NCBI GenBank assembly: GCA_008632985.1
Contig: QPGO01000015.1
Coordinates: forward strand, 683,998-747,997
Source of the DNA: Psammoneis japonica
Taxonomy: Eukaryota
Reading direction: 5' to 3'
Length of the DNA stretch: 64,000 bases
A program made the position numbers and the translations under genes. Of the stretch, positions 26,701-38,284 are shown in pieces. Below the pieces are notes generated by a model, which was not told where the DNA came from, searched no databases, and saw only the letters and a program-made list of their open reading frames with translations. Each line of letters begins with the position of its first letter. Position 1 is the first letter of the stretch.

Positions 26701-27955
26701 TACAGCCGCTCAAGCTCTGTCTGCTGTTTTTGAATCTTCTTGTTTGTTCGAAGGAGAATCTCTCCAGACACCGCAAAAGTATCTTTCTTCGCTGACGAAG
26801 TCTCTTTCTTCACAGATCGCCAACGAAGAAACGAATGACCAGGAGGTTCTCTTTGCGCTGGCAGATTCCCTCAGCGAAATTTACTATTCGGTATATAGTA
26901 GATCGAAGGACGCAAAAGCAAAAGCGAATTTGATTGCTGGCTTGTCCTTTCAAGAGGCCAGCAACAGTGTCAAGCTTCTGATGCAGTCGTTATCGGCTTG
27001 TTTAACGCGTCGATCGAAGATAATTCGAACCATGCAAGGCTACGACGGCGCGCTCACAGGTGAAGACGAGCTCGAAGAATACAAGGAAATGCTTCAGAGT
27101 GAACAAAATTTGTTGACGCCGCTCGTGGATAGCGTCGGATACACGCTCAAGCTGTTCGAGGAGAATTTTACGCCGATTTTCGACGCTGTAGTAGCTCCAG
27201 TTCTCGGACCCCAGTTAGGATCGAGAGGCAGTTCAGACATCAGGGCTCGTCTCGCGGCCGTGTGTCTTTTCGACGACTGCGTGGAGCACTGTGGACGCGC
27301 TGCTGCAGCAAAGCACGCTCCAGCTCTAGCTGAGGGTGTCATATCCGGTATTGATAACCAGGATTCCGAGCTCAGAGTAGTTTCTGTCTACGGCATTGCT
27401 CAGATTGCTCGGAATGCTCCTAAAGAGGTATTGGCGCCTCACGCACAGTCCATTATTGACAAACTGTTCACGATCTGCAATGTGCGCAAGAATGAAGCTG
27501 ATGATGTTACTCTTTTGGAGTATTCGGTGTCTGCCCTTGGTTCCTTGACGCTCTATGGAAATGCTCCGTTTGGAAACATCAAAGTCAGAGACTCAATCGC
27601 CAAGACGTTCCTCAATCATCTCCCTATCCTTGAAGACTACGACGAAGCAAAAGTTTGTCATGAGGGACTTTGCGAAATGATTGAGAAAAAACATTTCAAC
27701 GTGGTTGCGGAAGCCTCGGCTTTGCTCAGAGCCATTGGGGATATCCTTGCTTGCGTAGCTGATGGAAATGATGTAGTCACACCGGCTACGTGCTCTCGTC
27801 TAACAGACGCTCTCTTTAAAATGCAACGAGATGTCCCGGCTGACGAAATGAATCACGCTTTTTCCTGTATGCCCGTTCAAAGCCAGAGCGTCATAAGTTC
27901 GGCTATGGAGCATCACCACCACCGCACCACCTGTTCAAACGTGGTAACCCCGTGA
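23782..27955 (+). CDS. Importin-5/karyopherin beta-3-like HEAT-repeat protein; multi-exon
   Basis: HEAT-repeat ORFs linked by GT-AG introns. Importin-5-like motifs: RQQAEA.L, MACVLLRR, W..HRAGL, LRG.SMEA.TIVG.A.G, INT..IQE, AVCLFDDCVEH, FL..LPI..D..EA. Confidence 0.85.
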
Positions 27956-28026
27956 TGAAAAATGTACGACTTATTGACAGCACGTATTACCATTGAATTG
28001 GTCTTGTAAGATAGGTGTTTCGAATG

Positions 28027-28746
28027 TTATATTGCGTCATAGTATGATGATCGTGGTGACCATTCCGACGGAGGAGGCCCCAGAGTGTTTTCGGGGAAAC
28101 TTTTTACAGGAATGGGGTTGTATATTGCTCCATGCACTTCGTTTTTGCTTGCTGTGTCATTTTCACAGTGACCGGTCTCGCCCACACACGAAGCACTTAA
28201 AGAGTTGTCAAGGAATGCCTCAGCAAGAATGCTTGCCGTGTTCTCGTCCAGAAAAAGCCCCGACTCTCTGCGTCCCGAAGAGACGGCTTTTCGTTTCATA
28301 TGGACCTCTTGTAGTGCTGGACAATCTGCTTCTTTCCTTTTCTTCCTGCTCTGTGCTCTCTTTCGTGCTCCAATTGCGTCTCGCAAACAATGCCCCACTT
28401 TCTCCCTAGCGCGTACATCGCCAATGTCTATGTAACCTTTCTCGTCCCTTTTCACAAAACGACAAGAGGGTGGACCTTCTCGAATGTGTTCCACAATTGA
28501 AAGAACGAGCAGAGTTTTGTCCAACTTCGTTTCCGCTCGTTGATATTGATCTGCATTTGCGGCGATAATAGAGCGGAAGAGTTTGTTGCCATCATGATTG
28601 TGAAGTTGTTTTCCGCGACCGCAAATAATGTCAAAGCTCGATGGTACGTAGCCTTGTGGTAGCCGATGCTCTGGACGTGGCGCGCCAATCTTGTGGAACG
28701 CAAGAATCGGTACGGGTGCCAGTAGTTGTGTGTCGCTTTGGTTCAT
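28027..28746 (-). CDS. DUF6824-type domain protein (diatom-expanded family)
   Basis: DIICGRGK...H.GN..FR......Y...KLDK.....IV..IR....RFVK......GD..AREKVGH.LRD. Confidence 0.8.
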   Translation of the reverse strand: MNQSDTQLLAPVPILAFHKIGAPRPEHRLPQGYVPSSFDIICGRGKQLHNHDGNKLFRSIIAANADQYQRAETKLDKTLLVLSIVEHIREGPPSCRFVKRDEKGYIDIGDVRAREKVGHCLRDAIGARKRAQSRKKRKEADCPALQEVHMKRKAVSSGRRESGLFLDENTASILAEAFLDNSLSASCVGETGHCENDTASKNEVHGAIYNPIPVKSFPENTLGPPPSEWSPRSSYYDAI

Positions 28747-29252
28747 TCGCCGCTTCAAGTTGCTGTGAACTATTGTTTTTGTAAGTGGACGCTGCGTGTC
28801 TGCTACAATATTTTTTCAATTTGTGAGAGCGCATTGCAACTCAAACTGCCTGTGCAATCCGAGCTGACGCAAGATTCGTGGTCGCGCGGAAACACCGAGC
28901 TCGCCACGCTCACATGCTGATAGAGCTTTTGGTCGCATTTTAATCGACAGTTCACTCTGTTCTGTCAGCACGGGGTTCGTGCAATGAGCGAGTCCCAGGC
29001 TCGACTTCTCTCTCTCTCTCTACCGGTACTCTAGGGCTCTACGTTAGAAAATGGAAAATTGATGAGTGATAGAAATACATGATGCTGACTGTACGGTATT
29101 TACGCGTTGTCCCATGCATGGTACCGTGCTGCGTTTAGGTTTGATGAAAACGTAGTTCAGTTTTTCCTCGCTTAAAACCTTTAACACTAATTGATTCTGG
29201 TTTAGGAGACACATTCCACAACCATCTGCAGAAATGTGCCAACGTTTAGCTG

Positions 29253-30074
29253 CTAGTGTCTGCTGTGCTGATCGTAGTGTTGTTTTGTTCTATCACCTGG
29301 CCTTTTTGTCTGTTTGAACGCTGACATCCCCGCAACCCCACCCCCAGGCTCATGAGTTCTTGCTGAGTTATCATTGGATCGCTTCCCAAGAAACGTATCA
29401 ACTACAAAATCGGTGAAGAATTCGTCGCAGAGAGTGTCATCGTCATCAGCGGTGTCATGAGATTTTAGTCGTTTTGGCTGTTTTTCAGAGTTATCCTCTT
29501 GTTTCGATTTATCATCTTTTCTTCTCCTTTTCTTGTATCCCGCGATCAAATCCCTTAGTGCATGCCCGACTTATCAGGTGTGAGCGACAACAGTGAGTAA
29601 GATTCATATCGAGTTGAGCGTGTCCCGCATTTGTTCTCAAGCAAAATTACTACCGTAGATGGCACTTTCCAGTGCCCGAGCAGCTCCCTTACCTTTCTCT
29701 TTTGCCAATGCATCTCCCAGCTCGTAGTACCTCCCAGTTATCTCGTCTTTTTTCACGAACCCTCCGCCTGGCGACAATGCACGAACTTCGTTGACGATTG
29801 ACGTCACAATGCTTGATTTCTCCATTTTCGTAGTCGCCGACAAATATCTTTCCGCGTTGGACGCAATTGTTTTACGGAATCGCTTATTGCCGATGTGGGC
29901 ATGACTCTCTTTGCCTCGTCCACATAGAACGTCGTTTTCGGAGGGAACAAAATCGTCCGCAAGCGGTATTTTTTTCTGTTGTCGTTCAGCTCGACCTGAC
30001 CCTTGAACATCATTTTCACTGCTGCGGGCAGCCGTCCTGTTATGATTGGGTATTTGCTTGTTCATTCTTTTCAT
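29253..30074 (-). CDS. DUF6824-type domain protein, tandem paralogue; 2 exons
   Basis: DVLCGRGKE...H.GNKRFR...GGGFVKK...LAKEK, then an intron (gtaagg...ataag) and VGHALRDLIAG. Confidence 0.8.
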
Positions 30075-30477
30075 TTCTTTGGCGGCTAGCCAAGGTAGTC
30101 TGCTTTACCATTCGTGTTCTTCGAGCCTGTGGAGGAGGGGGCGGCAAAAAGCGATGCTTCTCAAAAAACTGCGCCGCCAAGGAGTTTTTAGTCCCGAGTC
30201 TTGATGTCATTATGCTGATCAATCGTGTGAAATTTGTCAAAAATTTGTTCTTATGCTCATGCGCCACCAACTCATGCTTCAGTCGTGGTTTCTTTTCGAG
30301 ATGATGCTTCCGGAAGCGTTCTCATCTACATGTAAAAGACAATGCAACAACGGGAGTCTCAACCCACGCGGTTTCACCGCCAACGCATGTAACAGAGAGC
30401 ATTTCATGGCACTGGTGCAAACTCTCAAACCCCGAGAGAGCTTGTTTGGTTGCTTCTTGTTGCTTTTTGCGGCTGGG

Positions 30478-31520
30478 CCACCTGTCTTGGCTTCGAAAGA
30501 ACCACTCATTTGGACAAGGGTCAGAGTGGCATGTCTGTCTCAGGTGCTGCTTTTTCACTCTGATTGATGATGCAATCACTTTGTTCTTTCAAAAAAGGAA
30601 CAAAGAGCAGAGCAAGAGGTGTGGTTGTTGTGACCAGGATGTGATGAGGCAGGCAAAACAGACCTGAAAAAGCTGTTTGTGTCACCCCACATGTCTTTGA
30701 AGCAGCCAGGATGAAAAGCCAGCTGAAGCTGCTTTGCTTCCACAGACTGCCAGCAGAACTCTGGCTTTGACAAAGATCACACCAGAGAGCCACTGCTGCC
30801 TTTGGCTGTGCTTGTCTGCTTGCAGCTGTTTTGACAGTCGGGGCCTGCCACCACGCAAGAGATGTGCCCAAGAGAGTTGACAACAATCGCAAGCTCTTTG
30901 TGGAAGAATTTGAGTTGAGAGGCAGAATTTGCCAAATTTTCTAGATCTGCCCTGAAGTGCTTCCACATGAGTTTGATGGTGTGTCACACACAGCATCATT
31001 GACAGAGATGACACAAGCGCAAGGGGTTTTGTGGGTCAGGGTGGCAGAGAAACAGAGTGGAAGAAACAAAAAGGGGGTGCAACAAGCCTGAGCAAAAAAC
31101 ATGAGAACAAAGTGCATTGGAAAGAGGAGCATCTTCCTGGCATGAAAAGTGATTTACAAGTGAAGCTGTCATGCTGTGCGTTGTGCAGAGCTGCAGCAGC
31201 AAGGAAGCTGCCGGCGCCAGCTTTGCAGATCTGTCAGTTTTTCAAGTCAACCACAACCAAACTCTGAGATGAGAAATGGGGGTCATCAGGGTGATGCCTC
31301 TGACAATGAGAGCTGCAAAGAACCCTGTTGGTTGCACAGCTGCCTGTGCCAAAACACAAAAAGCTGAAAAACAAGACAAGCTTGCCACCACCTGCCTTGT
31401 CTTCTCTTGTCAACACAAAGTGTGAATCTTTTGATGACAAAGTTTGCAAAACAGCAGGAGAGGAGAAGAAAGAAACAACAAAGAAAGCCAAGTCCTCCAA
31501 TGGCAAAACTGGTGAAGCAC
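30478..31520 (+). pseudogene. Decayed duplicate of FAN1 upstream region and 5' coding sequence (part 1)
   Basis: Aligns by eye to ~37760-38760. Examples: ctgtcttggcttcga, tttgtggaagaatt and ctgtcagtttttcaagtcaacc; translation KLKNKTSLPPPALSSLVNTKCESFD vs KLKNDTNLPPPAASSLVNKKCESLD. Confidence 0.9.
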
Positions 31521-33949
31521 AGCAGAAAGGAGAAGAAAGAAGCAGAGGAAAAAGCTGGGGTTGATGGTTTGACACTCACTGGCCAGGCATCTGCAACATG
31601 TTTTGGTGCTTGCCTTGTTAAGAATGAAACTTGTCAAGAAACAAAATTGTTGCATGTGGGCTGTCTCTGTCCACCAATCTTCGATTTTCTCACTTGTCAA
31701 TTGTGCATTCTCACAAACATTTTAATTTGATTGTGAAACTCACCAACAAACAAAATTGTCACAAACACGCCAACTCTGTCCAGTTGTTAATCATGCATTT
31801 GTGCAAACGTTAAGTCACAAATGATTTGACCATTTTTTGCCTGCGTGGCCCGATTTGCAGTCGGCTGACACACACATTTTTTCACACCACACCACACACC
31901 ACATTGATGCCAACAGCCGCAATGATGTGATTCATGCATTTCAACTCTTCTGATGACTCCCTTTGCTGGTGTCGACTCACCACAGTCACAAAAGGTGTCA
32001 CATGTCTTGGGTGTGTTGTGGGTGGGGGCTTTGTTGAGAAACATCGTTCTCTCATGTTGACAAGAAACACCAAAAAACATGGAATTGACATGACCCATGC
32101 TTTGATGTGTGTTCATTCAATGCATCTCCTCTCTTGTGCACCATTGCTGTCATCTCTTCATCATAGATGCAAAAAGTGTCCCCCATCTTGTTTGTGCTGT
32201 GTGCTTGATTTGTGGTGAGAAATGTTGGTCTCACACTTGTGTGGTCTCGCATCAGCCATTTGTGATTGTTGCTGACCCATGCTTTGATGTTTGTTTGCCC
32301 ATTTTGTTTCTTTGCTCACACTTCTTTTTTCTTGTCTCTTCTTTGTAGTTTCGAAAAGATTGTTTTGTCTTGTGTTTGCTTTTGGTGGGGTCTGTGAAGA
32401 GAAGGATCCATCATGCCAACTGAGGCATGCACCGAAATTTTCTCCTGGCTTTCCCAGCTGTTGTGGCAATGCACTTTTCAACCGAGGTGGTGGGCATGTT
32501 GGAAGCCAAGAACTGGGATCTCAAGCATGTGGAGAGTGCATTTTCTTTGTCAGGTGTCCACTGCCAATGTGGGGAGCACACCTGAGATGGCAGCATCAGT
32601 GATGACCATAAGATCCAGTGCAAGGCAATCAACAAGGCACTCAAGGTTCTGGGCCACAAAGCTTGGAACTGTGGGTGCAAGAGTGGGGAGCAATGCAATG
32701 AAATGACAACAACAATTGAAGTGGCTAAAGAAGCTTCTGGATGCTACAAATTGAAGTGCAAGACGATCATCAAGTGGTTTCAACACTGTCTTCAATTCGG
32801 AGAGACACCGGCCGAAGGAGTGTGGTGCATGATGCTGCCAATGAAAATGAGGAAGCAACAGCTTCAGATGACAGAAGAGTTTGTTTGGCATCACCATTCT
32901 GTTTCACAACTCAATTGGTGTCCAACAGATTGGATGAGTGGGAAAGATGTGTTCTCAGAAGTGAGGACAGTGCATGTGAGAAAGGCACTTGGTGGCACTG
33001 TGCCTGCTGCTCTGCTGGAACTGCTGCTTGGGACTGTGGTGAGGTGGTGTGTTTTCCGCCAAATTGACAACATTGACATTTGTTGGCAGAAACACCCCAT
33101 TCTCCACCCATGGAATGTCGAAGGTGCCAAACAGGGCTTGTGCCGCATGCGTGCTCCTGACACCATCTGATGCCGACGGTTGGCTCAATTGCTGTGACAA
33201 TGGATTGAGTCTGGATGTCAAGTTGGAAGATGTCTCACAAATGACATGGTTTGTCCTGCACAGGACCTGGTTTGCAATTGCCGTCCATCATTTTTGTCCA
33301 TGTGCTGTTGGATTTCCACTGAGCACTGCAGCTGGGTGTCGTGCAGCCTGAACCAGCTTGCTGCTCTCTGCTCCAGCTGGCTGACAGGTGCTTGCTGCAC
33401 AGAGTGAAAGGACAGTGGCTAAAACAGGTCAAGCAACATCTCAGAGCACATGCAGGGCTGCATGTGATGTCAGCCTGACCATTTTTGCAGATGGCGGCAA
33501 TGGGCATTTTGGGATTTGCCGCCTCAGCAAGAGCCCTGCATTGACTGATCGGTCCACATCATCCTGCTTCTTCTTGTTTGACATTTTCTTGACTCTCCAA
33601 AGACATTTTCAAAGGCATCTCCAGTGCTCTTCTTTCTCCATTTTGGCCTGAACCCTGACAATGACTTTGGCAAGCACACCCCCCGCCCAGCACTGCAGGA
33701 AGAGAAGCACTGGGAAGAGCAGGAAGAGTTGCACAGATTTAAACTTGCCAAGGCATTGTCTTTGCATCTCATGAAGCAAGCAACAGCACCACTGCTTGGA
33801 AAGCCATTGCCAGATGACAGAGACCAGAAAAATGTCTCATCTTCTTCCCTCTTGCCATTGCCGCAAATGAAGACAATGGCCAGAGTTTGTCGGCCACACA
33901 TCCTCAGTTCCCAAGGGGTTCACTCTGGTGGCAAGTTTGATGAGATGTC

Positions 33950-35900
33950 TTGCTGGTGTCTCCAGTTGTTGGAGCAACAAACTTGCTGGGGGGGGATGGT
34001 GCATGATGCACAGGCCAGTGCCACTTGAGAAACTAAAATGGAGCATGTGGTGGTGCTCCAGATCATCATCATCACCATCAATGCAAAATGGTTTGAGTTG
34101 CCGCCTGCATGACATGCACCCCAAATGCACTCAGCCTGCATTTGTTGAGTGGGTTCTTGGCCCAAGTGTGGTGTCTTTGCAATCTTGATTTGGGAAGCTG
34201 CAAGCCATGTCTTGGGCAGCAGCAGCAGCCCAAGGCATGATTCCTCCACACAAGAAGATGCCCAGCTTCACAAGGTGTGAAAGCACCGCGCCCACAGATG
34301 TGGCACAAAGAAGGAGGTTCACAGCTGTCTTGGGATGGCATTGGAGGACTCCAGTGGGTCCCAGAGGATGCAACAACAACAATGGTTGGGAAGCAAAGGC
34401 TTTTTCTTGTGTCCACACAGCCCTTTGTCTCTCTGACATGACCGGGCTTCTTGGCCCAGCCGCCACACCTGCAAAAACAAGAAAACCATCTGTGCGACAG
34501 TGCAAGTGCTCTGTTGTCTTGGGGTGGCCTTGGATGACTCAATCGGGTCCCAGAAAATGCAACAACAACAACGGATGGGAAGCAAAGGCCTTGTCTTGTG
34601 TTGGTGCGGCACCTTGTCTCCCTGGCATGACTGGGTTTGGCCCAGCAAAGAACCGTCCTGCTGCAAAAGAAAGACAAGGGAACTGTCTGTGTGACAGTGC
34701 AAGCACTCCATGTTGTCTTGGGACATTTGCAAGAGACTCCATTGGGTCCTCAAGGAGGCAACAACAACAGTGGTTGGGAAGGAAAAGCCTTGTCTGGTTG
34801 TGAGTTTGGTTGCATGTCTTGGTGTCTCTAACTGGAGCAACAGGCTTGCCAAGGGGTGCACGGCACATGAATGGTGCACAGGCCAAGGCCACTCAAGAAA
34901 CTGAAGTGGAGCATGCAGTGGTGGTGCCCCCATGTTCCAGCAAACATTTGCCAAATGCCAAGCCAGATCATCATCATCATTGTCAATGCACATTGGCTTG
35001 AGTTGCTGCCACCTGCATCATGACATGGACCCCAAAGAATGCACTCAGCCTGCATTTGTTGAGTGGGTTCTTGGCCCAACTGTGGTGTTTTTGCACTCTT
35101 GATTTTGGGAGCTGCAACAGCCCCTTGCATGATTCCTCCACACAAGAAGATGCCCAGCAGCACAAGATGTGGAGGCACCAGCCAACCTGCAGAGAAAAGG
35201 GAACCATCTGTGTGATGGTGTGAGCACTCCGTTGTTTCAGGATGGCTTTTGGCAACTCAACACCTGCAAGAAAGACAAGGGAGCCATCTGTGTGACAGTG
35301 CAAGCACTCTGTTGTCTCAGGTTGGCTTTTGGTGGCTCAACCTGCAAGAAAGACAAGGGAGCCATCTGTGTGACAGTGCAAGCACTCAGTTGTCTGGGGA
35401 TGGGCACCACAAGAGACTCTGTTGGGTCCAGGAGGAGGCAACAACAACGGCGGTTCTTGGGAAGGAAAAGCCTTGTCTTGGGCCAGTGCAGCCCCTTTTC
35501 TTTCTGATGTGATCGGCTTGCTTTGGTGACCAAGCCACCATCCCACCTGCAAAGGCAAGGGAGCTTTCTGCAGACAGCGCAAAAGTGCCCAGATGTCTTT
35601 TGCTGGCCTTGGGTGATTCCATTGTGTCCCAGGAGAGCCAACAACAACAACCTTGGTTGGGGAGCAAAGGCTTGTCTTGTGTCAATGTTGCCCCTTTTCT
35701 TTCTGACATGACTGGTGGCTTCTTTGGTCCAGCCAACACACCTGTGCAAAGATCATCATCGAGCCATCTGTGTGAAAGCACAAGTGACCAGTTGTCTTGG
35801 GATGGCTGTGGGAGGAGACTCCATTGGGTGCCAGGGCATGCAACAACAATCATGGGAATTTGGTGCCGGTGCATGAGAAATTCAAGATTTTTGGTTGCAA
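33950..35900. repeat. Degenerate tandem repeat array (~190-bp unit with a (CAA)n core) plus higher-order duplication
   Basis: The unit gttgtcttggg...gactccattgggtcc...caacaacaac..ggttgggaag.aaaggccttgtctt recurs at ~34325, 34513, 34712, 35390, 35600 and 35790. Block ~33955-34280 repeats at ~34820-35170 (shared gcactcagcctgcatttgttgagtgggttcttggcccaa). cctgcaagaaagacaagggagccatctgtgtgacagtgcaagcactc occurs twice, 79 bp apart. Confidence 0.85.
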
Positions 35901-36105
35901 TGGCTGGAGAGTGCTGCGGGCCCAAATTGACATGGTGCGCAGTGGCTTTGTCATTGTGGAGGCAGCAGCAGTGGTGGCAGTTGCTGGGTTTGGACCATTG
36001 GCTGGCACTGCAGCAGCTCCAGCAGCAGAGCCTTGGTTTCTCTGAGAGCTCCTGCTGTCGAGCTCTTGTGGCTGAGATTGAGCTTGAGATTTGCCAGCTC
36101 AACCT

Positions 36106-36222
36106 GCACAGCAAGACTGTGAAAATTTGCATCTTTACAAGAACACATTGACATGATGAAAACTGTGCAGCAAGACTGTGAAAATTTGCATCTCAACAAG
36201 AACACATCAACACAATGAAAGA
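36106..36222. repeat. 59-bp tandem duplication
   Basis: cagcaagactgtgaaaatttgcatct..acaagaacacat..aca..atgaaa appears twice in tandem. Confidence 0.85.
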
Positions 36223-36714
36223 TGAGAAATTGACCGACTGCCAACACACATGTGAAACCTCAATGACTGGATGATTCATCAAGTCATTTCAAATCATTCA
36301 AACCTTCAAAACTGAATGTGAGCATGGAATTTTAAAACAAAATTGTCACTCAAAAATGATGCCAACAGGAATCACCAGGCAGACAGGCTTGACATTGCTG
36401 CAAAAACACGAACCATCATTTCCTCACAAGACACAAAACACAAGGCTCGTCAAACATCGTGGCAGTGACATCAGAAGCAAGGGAAGGCAACAGAAGAGCA
36501 CCAGGGGGGAGGAGGACAGTGCAAAACACAAGGCAAGAGAGAGGCAGGAACTGAGTTGGTGAGTGCATGGAGCTTGGGCAACAATGCAAACAACTGATGC
36601 TTTTGCCAATCTTTCAACTCAGACATGATTTTGATGACATGCGAGGGGAGCCAGAAGGGAAGACGGCCCTGCAGGGGCCACACAAAGGTGGGCAGAAACA
36701 GCGTTTGCACCAAG

Positions 36715-36952
36715 CACATTCAAAACAATGCAAACACAATGCTCTCATCTGTTGCATGCTCTTTTCTCTTCTTTGCAGGCGATGCTTTGGCAAACTGATG
36801 CGAAACACGAAAGAGACATGGTCGCATGCAAAGGTGAGCAAAAGCTCGCTGTTTTTGTCAAGACAAGCCCACTCAAAAAACAAAACACATGCAATGCTCT
36901 GATCTGTTGCAAGCTCTTTTCTCTTCTTTGCAGGAAAAGCTTTGGCAATCTG
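36715..36952. repeat. ~80-bp direct repeat pair
   Basis: caatgctct.atctgttgca.gctcttttctcttctttgcagg...gctttggcaa at ~36737 and ~36892. Confidence 0.8.
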
Positions 36953-37585
36953 GCATGATGAGCAAAAGAGACAAGGTCACGACACAGAACGAACAACGGG
37001 ATTGTGCGTGGCAAGCAAGAGCGGATGCAAGGGGGTCAGCAAAATGAGCAAAGCATCATGCCATCACTGTGGCATGGGAGAACCGGCAGGAGACAGGAAC
37101 AAGCCAAGGAGGGAAGAGCAGGAAACAGGAAGCAAAAACACATTCACACTGCAGAAATGACAAAACACAGCTGGCACAATCACATTGCAAGGAACACACA
37201 GCCAATGCACGAGCATCTTGGTGCTGCAAATGAGTGTTGCAGTTGTCAGAAATGAGCAATGTTGCAAAGCAGTCACAATTGCACCCTTGTTAAGAAGTTT
37301 CATTGACAATTGTTTCCTGCTTGAAAGGTCGCATTAATTGTGAATGCAGCAAACTGAACAATTTCAGGGTCATTGTGGTCGCAATCTTGTGCAAAGATTG
37401 AATGAAGAATTAGAGTCATTTTCATCAAGTGTCAAGTCCTGCTTGGAATGTTGAAACAATTGTTAAAATTGGTTCACACATGATCAATGAGCACTTGTTG
37501 AGAACACAGGATTCTTGACAAGAGCAAAACGAGTTCTGAACAAGAGCCATGACATTTTCCAGACCAGCTTGCTTCTTTGGGCGAT

Positions 37586-37715
37586 CTTGCACGACAGAAT
37601 GTGGAGAACAGGGGCCAACAATGCCAGACTGTGTTGAAAGGCAGGAGGCAACAATCTGAGTGCTGTTCACCACATCTGCCAACTGCATCTGCCAGAGCAG
37701 CAAAAAATCTTGGTT
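37586..37715 (+). pseudogene. Decayed duplicate of FAN1 coding sequence (part 2)
   Basis: Matches ~38819-38937: ttgcacgacagaa..tggaga and caccacatctgccaactgcatctgccagagcagc vs ttgtacgacagaagatggaga and caccacatctgccaattgtatctgccagagcagc. Confidence 0.9.
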
Positions 37716-38284
37716 TGTTGGATGAAAACAAACAACATCTCAGTGCACTCTTTCTCTGGACCACTGTCTTGGCTTCGACCAAACCATTCATCAAGACAAT
37801 GACCCAAACAGCATCTCTCTGTCTCAGCTTCTGTGTTCTTCATTGCAGTGGAGTGCTCCTTCAAAATGATGAATGAAGAGGAGCAAGGTGATGAGGCAGG
37901 GCAGGCAGGCAGCCAGTGCAGATCTCAAGTGTCTGTCTGTCCCCCCATCATGACTTTGAAGCAGCCGGAATGAACAAGCCAGCCGAAGCTGTTGTGCCTG
38001 CTGCCGTGCATGGAGTCGACTGCATCCTGGATGAAAATCACAATTGGCCCTGCCACTCTACCATCTTAGAAAGCAGCTGCCAGCTGCCGCCTTTGGCTGC
38101 GTCTTATCTGCCACAGTTGTTGTGACGGTCACGAGCTATTTGTGGAAGAATTCGAGCTACGGCGGCATTTTTTCCATTTGCCCCCGGGAGTGCATTTTGG
38201 AATTTGCCCAAGATTTGCCCCCCAAAATCTTCGCTCACGGACACAAAATGTTTGCATCGACATACTGTAAATGACAAGGAATTT

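Larger units (their letters stand above)
31520..37585. mobile_element. ~6 kb decayed repetitive insertion(s), probably transposon-derived, splitting the FAN1 duplicate
   Basis: Lies between two consecutive pieces of the FAN1 copy, is almost devoid of TpA and poor in CpG, and has internal repeats. A weakly HTH-like segment (TIIKWFQHCLQFGETPAE) occurs near 32760. No termini were identified. Confidence 0.5.

Noticed and set aside
32703..33170. Assigning the 155-aa ORF to a specific transposase family
   Set aside because: Only a vague HTH-like segment is visible, with no catalytic motif or termini.
33950..35900. CRISPR-like array
   Set aside because: The units are long and degenerate with no unique spacers, there are no cas genes, and the context is eukaryotic.
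30250..38130. Dozens of overlapping 60-250 aa ORFs on both strands
   Set aside because: A by-product of TAA/TAG loss in TA-depleted DNA. They are Tyr-free and Cys/His-rich, with no recognisable domains other than the FAN1 fragments.
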